A stretch of 64,000 nt of DNA from Vulcanimicrobiota bacterium. GTDB lineage: Bacteria; Vulcanimicrobiota; Vulcanimicrobiia; Vulcanimicrobiales; Vulcanimicrobiaceae. Numbering within the stretch: position 1 is the stretch's first letter; every line of letters starts with the position of its first letter. The DNA lies in contig CAWGBN010000002.1 in the NCBI GenBank assembly GCA_963820825.1, positions 320,001 to 384,000 on the forward strand. The letters run 5' to 3'. The position numbers and the translations under genes were made by a program. The notes under the pieces were generated by a model. It did not search any database. It was not told where the DNA came from and saw nothing but the letters and a program-made list of their open reading frames with translations. Shown here piece by piece: positions 31,472 through 42,765 of this stretch.

Positions 31472-31649
31472 TCGGTCTACGGCTTAACCAGCTCGAACGA
31501 AATCGTCGTGCCTGTAGAGAGCGCCGGCAACAGCGGCAGCGGCGTATACGGCGACGTGCCGGCGCCGATGCCGATCGGCGAATGCTTCTGTTCCATCGGA
31601 TTCGATCTAATAGCGCTCTGGCTGGACCGGCCGAGTTCCAATCTTGGCT

Positions 31650-31677
31650 GACTTAGGCTGCACATGGCTGCACCCAA
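31650..31677. repeat. Arm-type tandem repeat (AGGCTGCAC-A-TGGCTGCAC) at the tRNA-proximal junction
   Basis: 28 bp identical to 20300-20327. Confidence 0.85.
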
Positions 31678-31680
31678 GAC

Positions 31681-31710
31681 AAAAGGCCCGCTTCGTAAAC
31701 GGGCCTTTGT
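31681..31710 (-). terminator. Intrinsic terminator of tRNA-Asn
   Basis: AAAGGCCCG/CGGGCCTTT stem immediately after the CCA end, followed by a T-run on the minus strand. Confidence 0.85.
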
Positions 31711-31714
31711 TTAA

Positions 31715-31790
31715 TGGCTCCGGATGCTGGACTCGAACCAGCGACCCGCTGATTAACAGTCAGCTGCTCTACCAACTGAGCTAATCCGGA
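31715..31790 (-). tRNA. tRNA-Asn(GTT)
   Basis: 76 nt, TCCGGAT...AGCTCAGTTGGTAGAGC...CTGTTAA...GGTTCGAGTCC...ATCCGGAGCCA; canonical cloverleaf with encoded CCA. Confidence 0.97.
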
Positions 31791-31850
31791 ACGTGCCGGG
31801 TGGTCGAAATGACCGGCGGACCGGGTTCCACAGGTCCGGCGGAGCCCCTT

Positions 31851-32339
31851 CTAGCGGCCGAAGTGGCGCCCTGCCAACGAGTTATCGACCATCATGGCCA
31901 CGGGGACGCCGAAAAAGAGCGTATGCGCCACGAGGATGTTAATCAGGTGCGGCGTCGACAACGGGACGCGGACGGCGTGGCCGAGCGGTACGACGCCATA
32001 GATCATCACGACCATGACAACGATGCCATAGCAAAGGCCCATGATGGCCGGATAGCGGCGCACGAGCGGCAACGCCTCATATAACATCGTAAAGATGATT
32101 GCCCAGACCAACGAGACGACGAAGTCGGCCCCGAGACCCCGCAGCGCCATGCCCCAGCCGCCGCGGAAGGCAGCGACCCCGTAGAAGTTCGAGGCGTCCC
32201 ATTGCAAGACTTGCAGGAAGGATTGTATGAGCCGAACGTGCTCCACAAGGCAACGCTCGACCGCGAGATAAACGGTAATCGCGATCAATCCGGCAATGGC
32301 CGCGGCGATGGATGCACTGAGGAATCGAGAGGTCGTCAT
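31851..32339 (-). CDS. Hypothetical four-helix membrane protein
   Basis: Four hydrophobic segments; GLCYGIVVMVVMIYGVVPL and AHTLFFGVP. Confidence 0.65.
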   Translation of the reverse strand: MTTSRFLSASIAAAIAGLIAITVYLAVERCLVEHVRLIQSFLQVLQWDASNFYGVAAFRGGWGMALRGLGADFVVSLVWAIIFTMLYEALPLVRRYPAIMGLCYGIVVMVVMIYGVVPLGHAVRVPLSTPHLINILVAHTLFFGVPVAMMVDNSLAGRHFGR

Positions 32340-32416
32340 CTAGCTCAGACCTTCGAGCCGATGCCTACGTGACGCCTTCAGCGGAGAAGCCGCAGCTCCG
32401 GAAGTATACTCCCGCC

Positions 32417-33364
32417 ATGGTGGAGCGTACGAAGCGCGGTCGCGCAACGGTGGAGATTCCGGCGGACGTCGACGACGCGGCCGTCGAGGTCGACGGACGC
32501 CAGGTCGCGCTGACGAATCTGCGCAAGATCTACTTTCCGAAGCTTAAGCTGACCAAAGGTGATCTTCTTCGCTACTACGCGAGCGTCGCCGGCGTGCTGC
32601 TGCCGCATATCCGCAACCGCGCCATGGTCATGAAGCGCTATCCGCACGGCGTTACCGGCGACTTCTTCTACATGAAGCGCACGCCGTCGCCGCGGCCGCC
32701 CTGGATCCGCACCTGCCCGATCGAGCACCGCTCGGGCAACGTCATCGACTTTGCGGTCATCGACGATCTGCCGTCGCTGCTTTGGCTGATCAACCTCGGC
32801 TGCATCGACCTCAATCCCTGGTACTCGCTCTGCGACGATCCGGACCGGCCGCTCTACATCCACTTCGACATGGACCCCACCGCCGAGACGCCGTTTGCCG
32901 TCGTCCGCGAAGGCGCGTTGATCGTCGCCGAGGTGCTCCGCGGGCTGGGGATGACGCCGTTCGTCAAGACGACCGGCAGCCGCGGCGTTCACATCTACGT
33001 CGGCATTCGCCGCGGCCCGACGCAGCATGAGGTTTGGGCGATCGCCAAAGAGATCGGCCATCAAATCGCGCGCGCGCATCCCGACGTGCTCACCGCCGAG
33101 TATCGCATCGCCAAACGCCCGCATAACCGCGTGCTCGTCGACTACAACCAGAACGCATGGGGCAAGACTCTCGCGTCGATCTACTCCGTGCGCGCAAACG
33201 AAGAAGCGGCCGTCTCGACGCCGATCACGTGGGAGGAGCTCGAAAACGGCTGCGAGATCGAAGATTTCACGGTCTTCAACGTTCCCGAGCGCGTCGCGCG
33301 CATCGGCGATCTGTGGAAGCCGCTGCTGAGCGATCGCAAGCGGTTCGTGCTCGATGGCGTTTGA
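32417..33364 (+). CDS. Stand-alone LigD-type primase-polymerase domain protein
   Basis: LTNLRKIYFP, TKGDLLRYY, FDMDP, KTTGSRGVHIY, VDYNQN and YSVRA motifs. Confidence 0.92.
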   Translation: MVERTKRGRATVEIPADVDDAAVEVDGRQVALTNLRKIYFPKLKLTKGDLLRYYASVAGVLLPHIRNRAMVMKRYPHGVTGDFFYMKRTPSPRPPWIRTCPIEHRSGNVIDFAVIDDLPSLLWLINLGCIDLNPWYSLCDDPDRPLYIHFDMDPTAETPFAVVREGALIVAEVLRGLGMTPFVKTTGSRGVHIYVGIRRGPTQHEVWAIAKEIGHQIARAHPDVLTAEYRIAKRPHNRVLVDYNQNAWGKTLASIYSVRANEEAAVSTPITWEELENGCEIEDFTVFNVPERVARIGDLWKPLLSDRKRFVLDGV

Positions 33365-34367
33365 CGGCTTGCTCCTGCGGCCGCCGGTCGAGCCGATGGA
33401 GACACGCCAGACGCCGAAGATCCCCGAGGGCGCGGAGTGGTCGTACGAGCCGAAATGGGACGGCTTTCGCTGCCTCGCCTTCCGCGACGGCACCGCGATC
33501 GAGCTGCAATCGAAATCGGGCGAGACGCTCACGCGCTACTTCCCCGAGATCGTCGCCGCCCTCGCAAAAGCGCGCTCGCAGAAGTTCGTCATCGACGGCG
33601 AGCTCTTGATCGCGGGCGAAACCGAATCCGATTTCGACGCACTGCTGCAGCGGATTCATCCCGCCGAAAGCCGCGTGCGCAGACTCGCCGTCGAGACCCC
33701 GGCGGCCTACGTGCTCTTCGACTTGCTCGTCGACGGAGGCGACGCGCTCTACGAGCGTCCGCTGCGCGCGCGGCGGGAACGGCTCGAAGCGTACGTCGAG
33801 CGTAACTTCGCCGAGAATCGCACGATCCGGCTCTCACCGGCAACCGACGATGCGGCGCTGGCAAAGCGCTGGCTCGGAGGAAGTCTCGCCCGTCTCGACG
33901 GGATCATCGCCAAGCGCGACGTGCCCTATGCGTTCGGCACTCGCGATGCCGTCGTCAAAATCAAACGGCGCTACACCGCCGATTGCGTGGTCGGCGGATT
34001 CCGCGCGGCAAAAGACGGTTCGATCGCCTCGCTCTTGCTCGGCCTATACGACGATGACGGGAAACTCCATCACGTCGGTTTCGTCGGCTCGATGAGTGCC
34101 GCCGAGCGCAAGCGCGCCGGCGAGCTGCTGCGCCCGATCGTCGAACCGCCCGGATTCACCGGCAACGCGCCCGGCGGTCCGAGCCGCTGGCGGCGCGAGC
34201 AAGACGCACCGTGGTTTCCGGTGCGGCCGGAGATCGTGGTCGAGGTCTCCTTCGATCACGTGACCGGACACCGTTTTCGTCACGCGACGCGGCTCTTGCG
34301 CTGGCGCGCCGACAAAGCGCCGCGCCAGTGCACGATGGAGCAGTTACTCTCCCCTACGGAATCGTGA
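33354..34367 (+). CDS. ligC: ATP-dependent DNA ligase (LigC-type)
   Basis: [18 protein letters not shown] and PGGPSRW...RFRH motifs. Confidence 0.88.
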   Translation: MAFDGLLLRPPVEPMETRQTPKIPEGAEWSYEPKWDGFRCLAFRDGTAIELQSKSGETLTRYFPEIVAALAKARSQKFVIDGELLIAGETESDFDALLQRIHPAESRVRRLAVETPAAYVLFDLLVDGGDALYERPLRARRERLEAYVERNFAENRTIRLSPATDDAALAKRWLGGSLARLDGIIAKRDVPYAFGTRDAVVKIKRRYTADCVVGGFRAAKDGSIASLLLGLYDDDGKLHHVGFVGSMSAAERKRAGELLRPIVEPPGFTGNAPGGPSRWRREQDAPWFPVRPEIVVEVSFDHVTGHRFRHATRLLRWRADKAPRQCTMEQLLSPTES

Positions 34368-34995
34368 GGTTCTGCTGGAGCTCGACGGTGACGGGCTGGC
34401 CCTTAGGAACGATAATCGGCTCGTTGTCGGCCTGCGCGTAAATGTATCCGCCGACCGTCGTTGAGGGTCGGTTCGAAACGCTGACGCTTCCGCCGCTGCC
34501 GATGCGCGCTTGCCATGCAATCGGTCCCGGCGTCACAAAGCCGTTGGGCACCGTCCCCGCCGACATCATCTGCTGACGGGCCGCGCTCTGGCCGGCCGGA
34601 TTGAACGGCGTGACGCGTTTGCTCACGACGTAAGCCACGATCGGTTTTTTCGTGCCGTTCGGCAGCACGATCGTCGTTAAGAAGAAACCGACCTTCGTTC
34701 GCGTCGAGCCGGACGGCTGCACGACGTCGGTAATGTAGCCGTGAATCTCGGCACCGACGAGTGCGGGATGCGACGGGTCGGTGACCTTCAGTTTGAACTC
34801 GTCGCCGTATTTTGCCGTCGCCGAGTTGAACGACTCGTCGAGCACGGTGTTGATCTTCGTTCCGGCCTTATAGGTCTGCGAGGGAACGAGCGTCGTTGCG
34901 CCCGCCGGCGCCAATGCCGCGGCGCAGACCGAGGCCATCAGCGCGAACGCCGCGATTTTAACTTGCAAAGTTCGGAACACGTAGTTGCTCCCCAT
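34354..34995 (-). CDS. Hypothetical secreted protein
   Basis: Signal peptide from [28 protein letters not shown] resembles TrbI/VirB10-like beta domains. Confidence 0.6.
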   Translation of the reverse strand: MGSNYVFRTLQVKIAAFALMASVCAAALAPAGATTLVPSQTYKAGTKINTVLDESFNSATAKYGDEFKLKVTDPSHPALVGAEIHGYITDVVQPSGSTRTKVGFFLTTIVLPNGTKKPIVAYVVSKRVTPFNPAGQSAARQQMMSAGTVPNGFVTPGPIAWQARIGSGGSVSVSNRPSTTVGGYIYAQADNEPIIVPKGQPVTVELQQNLTIP

Positions 34996-36187
34996 CGAAC
35001 GCGGTCGCCGCCCGGAGCGCTTCAACGCGATCGACGCGCTCCCACGGCAGATCGAGGTCCGGACGGCCGAAGTGACCGTACGCCGCCGTTTGCTTGTAGA
35101 TCGGACGGCGCAGATCGAGATGATGGATGATCGCCGCCGGCCGCAGATCGAAGAGTTCGAGCACGGCCTTTGCGATCCGCTCTTCGGCGATGCTGTCCGG
35201 TGCCGAACGTTTCGACGAGCACGCTCATCGGGTGCGCGACGCCGATCGCGTAGGCGACCTGGACTTCGCAGCGGTCGGCAAGCCCCGCGGCGACGATGTT
35301 CTTCGCGACCCAGCGGGCGGCGTAGGCGCCGGAGCGGTCGACCTTGGTCGGGTCCTTGCCGGAGAAGGCGCCGCCGCCGTGGCGGGCCATGCCGCCGTAG
35401 GTGTCGGCGATGATCTTGCGGCCGGTCAGACCGGCGTCGCCCTTCGGACCGCCGATGACGAACCGGCCGGTCGGGTTGACGTAGACGCGCGTCTGCGCGT
35501 CCGCATGGACTGCGGAATGACGTGATCGATGACGCGCTCGGTGATCTCGCGACGGATCTCCTCGAGCGGAATCGTCGGGATCGTGCTGGGTCGAGATGAC
35601 GACCGCGTCGACGCGCACCGGCCGGTCGCCGTCGTACTCGACCGTTACCTGCGATTTGCCGTCGGGACGCAGGTAGGGGATGTCGTCGTTCTTGCGCACC
35701 GCGGCCAGATGACGGGTGAGATTGTGCGCGAGCACGATCGGCAGCGGCATCAGCTCGCGCGGTCTCGCGGCAGGCGTAACCGAACATCATGCCCTGGTCG
35801 CCGGCACCGAGCAGCTCGAACTCATCGTGTATCGCCCGCTCTTTGGCTTCGAGCGACTTGTCGACGCCCATGCGCGATGTCGGGCGACTGCTCGTCGATC
35901 GAGACGCTGACGCCGCAGGTCTCGGCGTCGAAGCCGATCGCGCGAGCGCGTGTAGCCGATGTCGCGCACCGTCTCGCGCACGATCCGCGGGATGTCGACG
36001 TAGGTCTTGGTCGTGACCTCGCCGGCGATGTGGATCTGGCCGGTGATCGCGAACGTCTCGACCGCAACGCGCGAGTAGGGATCGTCTTTGAGGATCGCGT
36101 CGAGCACGGCATCGGAGATCTGGTCGGCGATCTTGTCGGGATGGCCCTCGGTCACCGACTCGCTGGTGAAGAGCCGCTTGTAGGCCA

Positions 36188-36188
<1 letters not shown>
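34958..36188 (-). CDS. metK: S-adenosylmethionine synthetase (frameshifted in this sequence)
   Basis: [36 protein letters not shown] and [12 protein letters not shown] motifs. Confidence 0.95.
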
Positions 36189-37465
<1,277 letters not shown>

Positions 37466-37531
37466 CTATAACTCCTGCAGGGCGAAAAAGGCTCGCGGGC
37501 TTTTCGCAACCTATCGGCCAACCCCTGGTGC

Positions 37532-38116
37532 GTGGAACGCTTCGACCTCTACCTCGAACGTCTCGCCTCGAGCGAGGCCGTCCCCGGAGGCGGAAGCGCC
37601 GCCGCCGTCGTCGCCGCAATCGCCGCCGCGCTCGTCGCGATGGTCGGACGGATTACCGCGACCCCGGTGGAGGGACTCGTCGAACGCGCCGACCGCCTGC
37701 GAACCGAGCTCGACGAGGCCCGGCGGCGCGATGAGGAAGCCTATGCCGCGGTCGTCGCCGCGCAAGCTCTTCCCAAAGGAAGCGAGAGCGAACGCGCCGC
37801 GCGGCGCCACGCCGTCGAGGAAGCGCTCAGGCGCGCCGCGCAGGCCCCGCTCGATGCGGCCGCGCTTGCGCTCGGCGTTCTCGAGCTCGTCGAGCGGCTG
37901 ATGAAAATCCACATGGGGGCGCTGGTGAGCGACGTCGGCTGCGCCGCCGAGTTCGCTCATGCCGCAGTGATTGCATGCGGCTACAACGTGCGCGTCAACC
38001 ATCGCTACATGCGCGACGAGGAGGCGATTCGCGAACAAGCCGCGACGCTGGTTCGCTATGAGGGCAAGGCCTCTCGAATCTTGGAACGCGCCCGCGACGC
38101 CGTCGCTAAAGGTTGA
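37532..38116 (+). CDS. Formiminotransferase-cyclodeaminase C-terminal / cyclohydrolase family protein
   Basis: LASSEAVPGGGSAAA, SDVGCAA and YNVRVN motifs. Confidence 0.85.
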   Translation: MERFDLYLERLASSEAVPGGGSAAAVVAAIAAALVAMVGRITATPVEGLVERADRLRTELDEARRRDEEAYAAVVAAQALPKGSESERAARRHAVEEALRRAAQAPLDAAALALGVLELVERLMKIHMGALVSDVGCAAEFAHAAVIACGYNVRVNHRYMRDEEAIREQAATLVRYEGKASRILERARDAVAKG

Positions 38117-39650
38117 GGTAGGTCGCGGCGGCCATCCCGCCCAGGATCTGCCCGGCGACCTCGCCGGTATCCTCATCGTGCGGACCGTTCATCGCGCCGA
38201 TGTAGAACGCGAAGGCCACGTGCCGGCCGCCCTTGGTTGTGATGTACCCCGCAAGGCCTTTCTCCACGATCCCGCCGTCGTTCAAATAGTTGGTGCTGCC
38301 GTCGGTTCCGGTCTTCGCAAAGACCTTGCCGGCCGCGGGAGACTTCTTTTGAATGGCGACCAGCGTACCGTCGACGCCCATGATCGGCAGACCGCGCAGC
38401 AAATACTGGTACCAGCTCTGCATCCGCGCCCAGGCCAGATAGCGGACCATGAAATCGGGCGTGAAGTACGCGCCGCCGTAACCGTCCCATTGCGCGGCTT
38501 GATTCACGTCGAGTCCGGCATTACTCAACATCCGCGCCTCGAGCGCAAAACCAGCTTTGAGGTAATCGCTCTTGGCTTTCGCCAAATAGACGCCCCACAT
38601 ATACGGCATCAGCGCGGCGTGCAGATTGTCGCTGACCTTCAGCGTTATATACGCATCTTCCGATAGCGGCGGCGATACGTGTTTGGCGACGAGTTTCGAA
38701 GCGTCGTAATTGCGCATCACATCGGGGTTACCTAGTGACGGCCCCGGAAGAGAGCTCGTGACGTCGTGCGACAGCACAGTCATTTCTGACGGTTGGATGG
38801 CTACGCCGGCATCGGTCAAGGCAACCGTGAACGCTGCCTCGGCGAAGCGTTTGGGATCCGGCACGCGATAGGCGTACAAGACAGAAGGACCGACCGGCTG
38901 CGAACCGGCGATCGTGACGACGTGGTATCCGTCCGAATTTTTAGCGTCGGCGCTCATGTCGATCGTCGCGTCGCTCTTCGCGGCGCCCGTCGTCGCTTTG
39001 CTGACGAATCGAACATACGGCGTTTGCGGCGAGACCGAGATCGAAACCGGATCGCCCGGATGCGCGCCGGGCGTCACCGTGACGTCGACGACGTTGTCGT
39101 TGACGGTAATAGCGGAGAGCGTCGTGCCGGTTCCGTCCTCGCTTCCCTGATCCGGAAAGAGGCTCGTATCTACGACGACGCGCCCGCGGACGGTTTTGAT
39201 CCCCGCCTTCGCGATCTGCGCCGCGAGGTCACGCAGCACCGCGAGCGGGTCGCCGGGAACGGCCTTCGTCTCCGGGGAGCCGTCGTAGGCGTGATCCTCG
39301 TTCTCGAAGGCGAGCGTGCCGTCGGGTTGGATGCGTTGCGAGAGATTCGGATCGCCGCTTGCAACGAGCACGAGATCACCGTGTAGCGCGCCCTGCGCGT
39401 CGATCGACCCTCGAACGTAGACCGGCGTCGTCCAGCGGAAGTCGTGGCCGAGCAGCGCGAGACTCGTCCCTTCCGTCAGGAGCTTCGTCGTGGAAGCCGG
39501 CACCATGAGGATGCCGGGGTTGCGCGCGTAGAGCACGCGATGGGAGTCGAGATCGTAGACTTCGCCGGCGACGACCGAGTTCTTGAGACGGAGCGTCCGC
39601 GTCGGCGCGTTGATGGCGAGTGCCAGCGCCGCCGTCGCGGCAGCGATCAC
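38106..39650 (-). CDS. dacB: D-Ala-D-Ala carboxypeptidase/endopeptidase (peptidase S13, PBP4)
   Basis: PASTTKL (SxxK), SDN and AKTGT motifs. Confidence 0.88.
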   Translation of the reverse strand: MIAAATAALALAINAPTRTLRLKNSVVAGEVYDLDSHRVLYARNPGILMVPASTTKLLTEGTSLALLGHDFRWTTPVYVRGSIDAQGALHGDLVLVASGDPNLSQRIQPDGTLAFENEDHAYDGSPETKAVPGDPLAVLRDLAAQIAKAGIKTVRGRVVVDTSLFPDQGSEDGTGTTLSAITVNDNVVDVTVTPGAHPGDPVSISVSPQTPYVRFVSKATTGAAKSDATIDMSADAKNSDGYHVVTIAGSQPVGPSVLYAYRVPDPKRFAEAAFTVALTDAGVAIQPSEMTVLSHDVTSSLPGPSLGNPDVMRNYDASKLVAKHVSPPLSEDAYITLKVSDNLHAALMPYMWGVYLAKAKSDYLKAGFALEARMLSNAGLDVNQAAQWDGYGGAYFTPDFMVRYLAWARMQSWYQYLLRGLPIMGVDGTLVAIQKKSPAAGKVFAKTGTDGSTNYLNDGGIVEKGLAGYITTKGGRHVAFAFYIGAMNGPHDEDTGEVAGQILGGMAAATYLNL

Positions 39651-40462
39651 GCGGCCACTTCCTCCACCAGATTGAGAAACGGCTGGAGATCGGCGGCATC
39701 GACGTCCATGCCGACACCCTTGGTGTGATAGCGGATGTCGTGGAAGTCCATCCCGGCGGTCATCACCAAGCCGTAGCGTTTCGCGGTCTCGCGAAATTCA
39801 CACGTATCCTCGGGCGAATGAAGCGGATAGAAGACTTCGAGCCCGCGCAAGCCGTGGCCGACGAGCTCGTCGATGAGCACGCGGTCCTTCAGCCGGCCTG
39901 GATGGGCGAGCACCGGAATGCCGCCGGCGGCGGCGATCTGGTCGATCGCGTGCTCCGGCGTCGTGTATAACTGCGGAACGTATCCGGGCTTGCCGGGAAC
40001 GAGCGCCTCGCTGAAGGCCTCGTTGACGCTGTTGACGACGCCGAGGCGCACGAGCGCCTTGGCGACGTGCGGCCGTCCCATCGAGTGCGCGTCGCCCGCC
40101 TCGCGAACCACGTCTTCGATCGTGATCGAATAACCGGCGGCGCGCAGCCGTTCGACCATTGTCACCGCCCGCAGGCGGCGCTGCTCCTGATTGTACTCGA
40201 GCAGTTCGTTGATCGCCGACGGCCCCAGCGGGACGCAGTAGCCGAGCACGTGGACTTCGTTCTGACGCCACGTCGTGTTGATCTCGATCGAGGGAATCAC
40301 CCGCGATCCGGGAGGCGGCTCGAAGAGGCCGTACGCGCCGAGCGTATCGTGGTCGGAGATCGAGAAGAGCTCGACGCCCCGCTCGCCCATGAAATCGGCG
40401 AGCTCTTGCGGGCTGAGCGTACCGTCGCTCATCCGAGTGTGGGAGTGGAGATCAACCTTCAA
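39647..40462 (-). CDS. PHP-domain phosphoesterase
   Basis: DLHSHTRMSDG, SDHDT, GRPHVA, LAHP and DFH motifs. Confidence 0.9.
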   Translation of the reverse strand: MKVDLHSHTRMSDGTLSPQELADFMGERGVELFSISDHDTLGAYGLFEPPPGSRVIPSIEINTTWRQNEVHVLGYCVPLGPSAINELLEYNQEQRRLRAVTMVERLRAAGYSITIEDVVREAGDAHSMGRPHVAKALVRLGVVNSVNEAFSEALVPGKPGYVPQLYTTPEHAIDQIAAAGGIPVLAHPGRLKDRVLIDELVGHGLRGLEVFYPLHSPEDTCEFRETAKRYGLVMTAGMDFHDIRYHTKGVGMDVDAADLQPFLNLVEEVAA

Positions 40463-40754
40463 CTTCGACCTTGTCCTCCAGCTTGCGCCGTTCGACGAAG
40501 AGTGATATGGCGGTCCGTTCGCTCTCACCGATCGCGACCACGACGAACGACGGCGTGCAGACCAAATCGAGTCCCGCGCCGCGCAGATAGCTGCGCGCGA
40601 TCGCGACCGCCTTGACGGCCTGGTTGATCGCGCCCGCGCCGACTGCCTGCAACTCGGAAGTCTCGCGTTCGCGCAACGCGGCAGCAAGAGCCCCGGCGAC
40701 CGCGTTAGGGTTGCTCTTAGCGGATACCTTAAGGGTGACTGCTACGCTCATCAT
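40452..40754 (-). CDS. spoVS: Stage V sporulation protein S family
   Basis: LKVSAKSNPNAVAGALA...VGAGAINQAVKAVAIAR. Confidence 0.92.
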   Translation of the reverse strand: MMSVAVTLKVSAKSNPNAVAGALAAALRERETSELQAVGAGAINQAVKAVAIARSYLRGAGLDLVCTPSFVVVAIGESERTAISLFVERRKLEDKVEVEG

Positions 40755-41536
40755 GCGATACCCCTTAGAAAGATGCGCTTAATCTCGTTGGCCCTACCGG
40801 AGGTGGGGTCAATGGCGACGACGGCGCCGCAGAACTGCTTCGGACCGGTCTTCTGGACGCTAAAGCGTTCCGAAATACCGGTCAGAAACCGATCCAGCAC
40901 CGCACCGGCCTCCATGCCGATGATGCCCTCGCTGGGGCCCGTCATTCCTAGATCACTGATGTACGCCGTCCCGCCCGGAAGTATCTGCTCGTCGGAGGTC
41001 TGAACGTGGGTATGCGTCCCGAAAATGCAGGAGACCCGGCCGTCGAGGTACCGCCCGAGGGCGACCTTCTCCGAGGTCGCCTCGGCGTGGACGTCGACCA
41101 GAACGACCGGTGTACGGGCGCGAAGCTCCGAGACGAGCGAGTCCGCACACCGGAACGGGTCGTCTACCGGCGGCATGAAGGTCCGTCCCATCACGTTGAG
41201 GACGCCGACGGTCACGCCGTTGACGGTAAAGGTCGCGGCGCCGCGCCCGGGCACCGCCGGGGGGTAGTTCGCCGGACGGATGACGCGACCGCTGCTCTCG
41301 AGATATTCGCCGAAGTCGCGCTTATCGAAGATGTGATTGCCGCCGGTGATAAAGTCGACACCGGTCGCAAATATCTCTTCGGCGGTCTGCGCGGTCAAAC
41401 CAAAACCGCCCGCGGCATTTTCGCCGTTGGCGATGCAGGCGTGGATCTTGTGCTGTTCGCGAAGCAACGAGACGCAACGCTTGAGCACCTCCCGTCCCGG
41501 GGACCCCACGACGTCCCCGATGACCAGAAGGTTCAG
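40751..41536 (-). CDS. ymdB: YmdB-family metallophosphoesterase (start uncertain)
   Basis: GDVVGSPGR, NGENAAGGFG, GNH, HAEATSEK and GTHTHVQT motifs. Confidence 0.9.
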   Translation of the reverse strand: MNLLVIGDVVGSPGREVLKRCVSLLREQHKIHACIANGENAAGGFGLTAQTAEEIFATGVDFITGGNHIFDKRDFGEYLESSGRVIRPANYPPAVPGRGAATFTVNGVTVGVLNVMGRTFMPPVDDPFRCADSLVSELRARTPVVLVDVHAEATSEKVALGRYLDGRVSCIFGTHTHVQTSDEQILPGGTAYISDLGMTGPSEGIIGMEAGAVLDRFLTGISERFSVQKTGPKQFCGAVVAIDPTSGRANEIKRIFLRGIA

Positions 41537-41544
41537 GGGGCTAT

Positions 41545-42096
41545 CTAACGGCGAGCCGAGGCCTTCGCTTTCTTTTGAGATTTGAGAAAGTAAACGAGGA
41601 CGCGCTTCTCTTCTCTAAATCCCACCAAACTCTTCGACTGCGTCGGATCGCGCAACGCCTCGACGGCATAGAGCGCGGCTTCATCCTCGGCAGCCGGATC
41701 GGCATCGAGCTGATCGTCGGGGTGCGGATTGCGAACCAGCGCCTCGCCGCAGCGATCGCTGAAGAGTCCCACCTGCAGCTCGAGCTCTTCCTTTGAGAAG
41801 GTCTCGAGATCGCGGGTCACGTGCACGAAGGTCAGCGTTCGATCCCCCTCGCACTCCACGCGCAACACGGCCGGCTCTTCCTTGCCGAACGCGAGAAAGC
41901 TGCGGACGTGCTCCTCAACGCCTTCGGCGAGTGCGGCCTGCGCCGACTTATCGAGACGCTGGCGCACGGCGAACGTCAATCGAAGCGTCCGGTCCGTCGG
42001 ACCGGAGCGAATCGAGGCCAGTTCCGGAAAACGCACCAAGAGTGCGCAGACCAGACTGACGGTATCGGCGTTTTCGACCGGTGCTCGCGTGCTCAT
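41545..42096 (-). CDS. Conserved hypothetical protein
   Basis: MSTRAPVENADTVSLVCALLVRFPEL...LVGFREEKRVLVYF; first gene of the ymdB-spoVS run. Confidence 0.65.
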   Translation of the reverse strand: MSTRAPVENADTVSLVCALLVRFPELASIRSGPTDRTLRLTFAVRQRLDKSAQAALAEGVEEHVRSFLAFGKEEPAVLRVECEGDRTLTFVHVTRDLETFSKEELELQVGLFSDRCGEALVRNPHPDDQLDADPAAEDEAALYAVEALRDPTQSKSLVGFREEKRVLVYFLKSQKKAKASARR

Positions 42097-42210
42097 GATT
42101 CTCGGATCTTCTTTCCGCTTCCAATCCCCCGAGGGCGACGTGCGCCAAGGGGGAGGGTCGTACGACGCGGTGCCAAGGTCTCCCCTTGCCCCCGCCTGAA
42201 AAAGACCGGG

Positions 42211-42765
42211 GTGACCCCGCGGAAGGTTCCGGCCACCCTGATCCTCGGCTTGCTTGCCTCGTTGGCGGCCCACGCGGCGCTCTTCGGTCGCGGCCATGCC
42301 ATGGGAGGCGGCTTCCACGCGGTGCTCGTTCAGCTGGCCCTCACCGGGGCGCTCTGCCTGTTGGCTTTCTTCGGCGCGCTCGCTTGGAACGGCTCGCAGG
42401 GTGCAGCGGACGGGAGCATCGTGGCGGCCCGGCTGCGGGCGCGCCTTCCGGGCCTTGGCACGCTCTTCGCCGGCACGCTGGCCTGGTATGCGGCGGCGGA
42501 GGCGCTCGAACCGCATCACGCTTCCGTCTCGCTGGTCGTCACGGGGGTTGCGGTCGCGGGCATTGCTTGGCTCGTCTTGCAGCTCGCCCGCGCGATCGTC
42601 ACCATCGTCGCCGGCGCGGTTATCGCCGTATGCCGCGCCGCCTTCTCGCCGCGAGCGACCTCCCGGCACCGCCGTCCGCGCCAACACCTTATCGCGCGCC
42701 GCGCGCCGATCGCGCGCCGTCGCTTCGCCCGTCCTCCTCCGGTCTTTGCGTTGATCCGCGCCTAG
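42211..42765 (+). CDS. His-containing membrane leader protein ending RRFARPPP, upstream of a TonB-dependent receptor
   Basis: AHAALFGRGHAMGGGFH and EPHH; hydrophobic helices; Arg-rich tail; stops 39 nt before the receptor ATG. Confidence 0.65.
   Translation: MTPRKVPATLILGLLASLAAHAALFGRGHAMGGGFHAVLVQLALTGALCLLAFFGALAWNGSQGAADGSIVAARLRARLPGLGTLFAGTLAWYAAAEALEPHHASVSLVVTGVAVAGIAWLVLQLARAIVTIVAGAVIAVCRAAFSPRATSRHRRPRQHLIARRAPIARRRFARPPPVFALIRA

Noticed and set aside
7692..31790. CRISPR array or classical integron as the explanation for the repeats
   Set aside because: The repeats are tRNA-derived, spaced 0.3-11 kb apart, and lack CRISPR periodicity and attC R/L box structure; no cas or intI gene is visible
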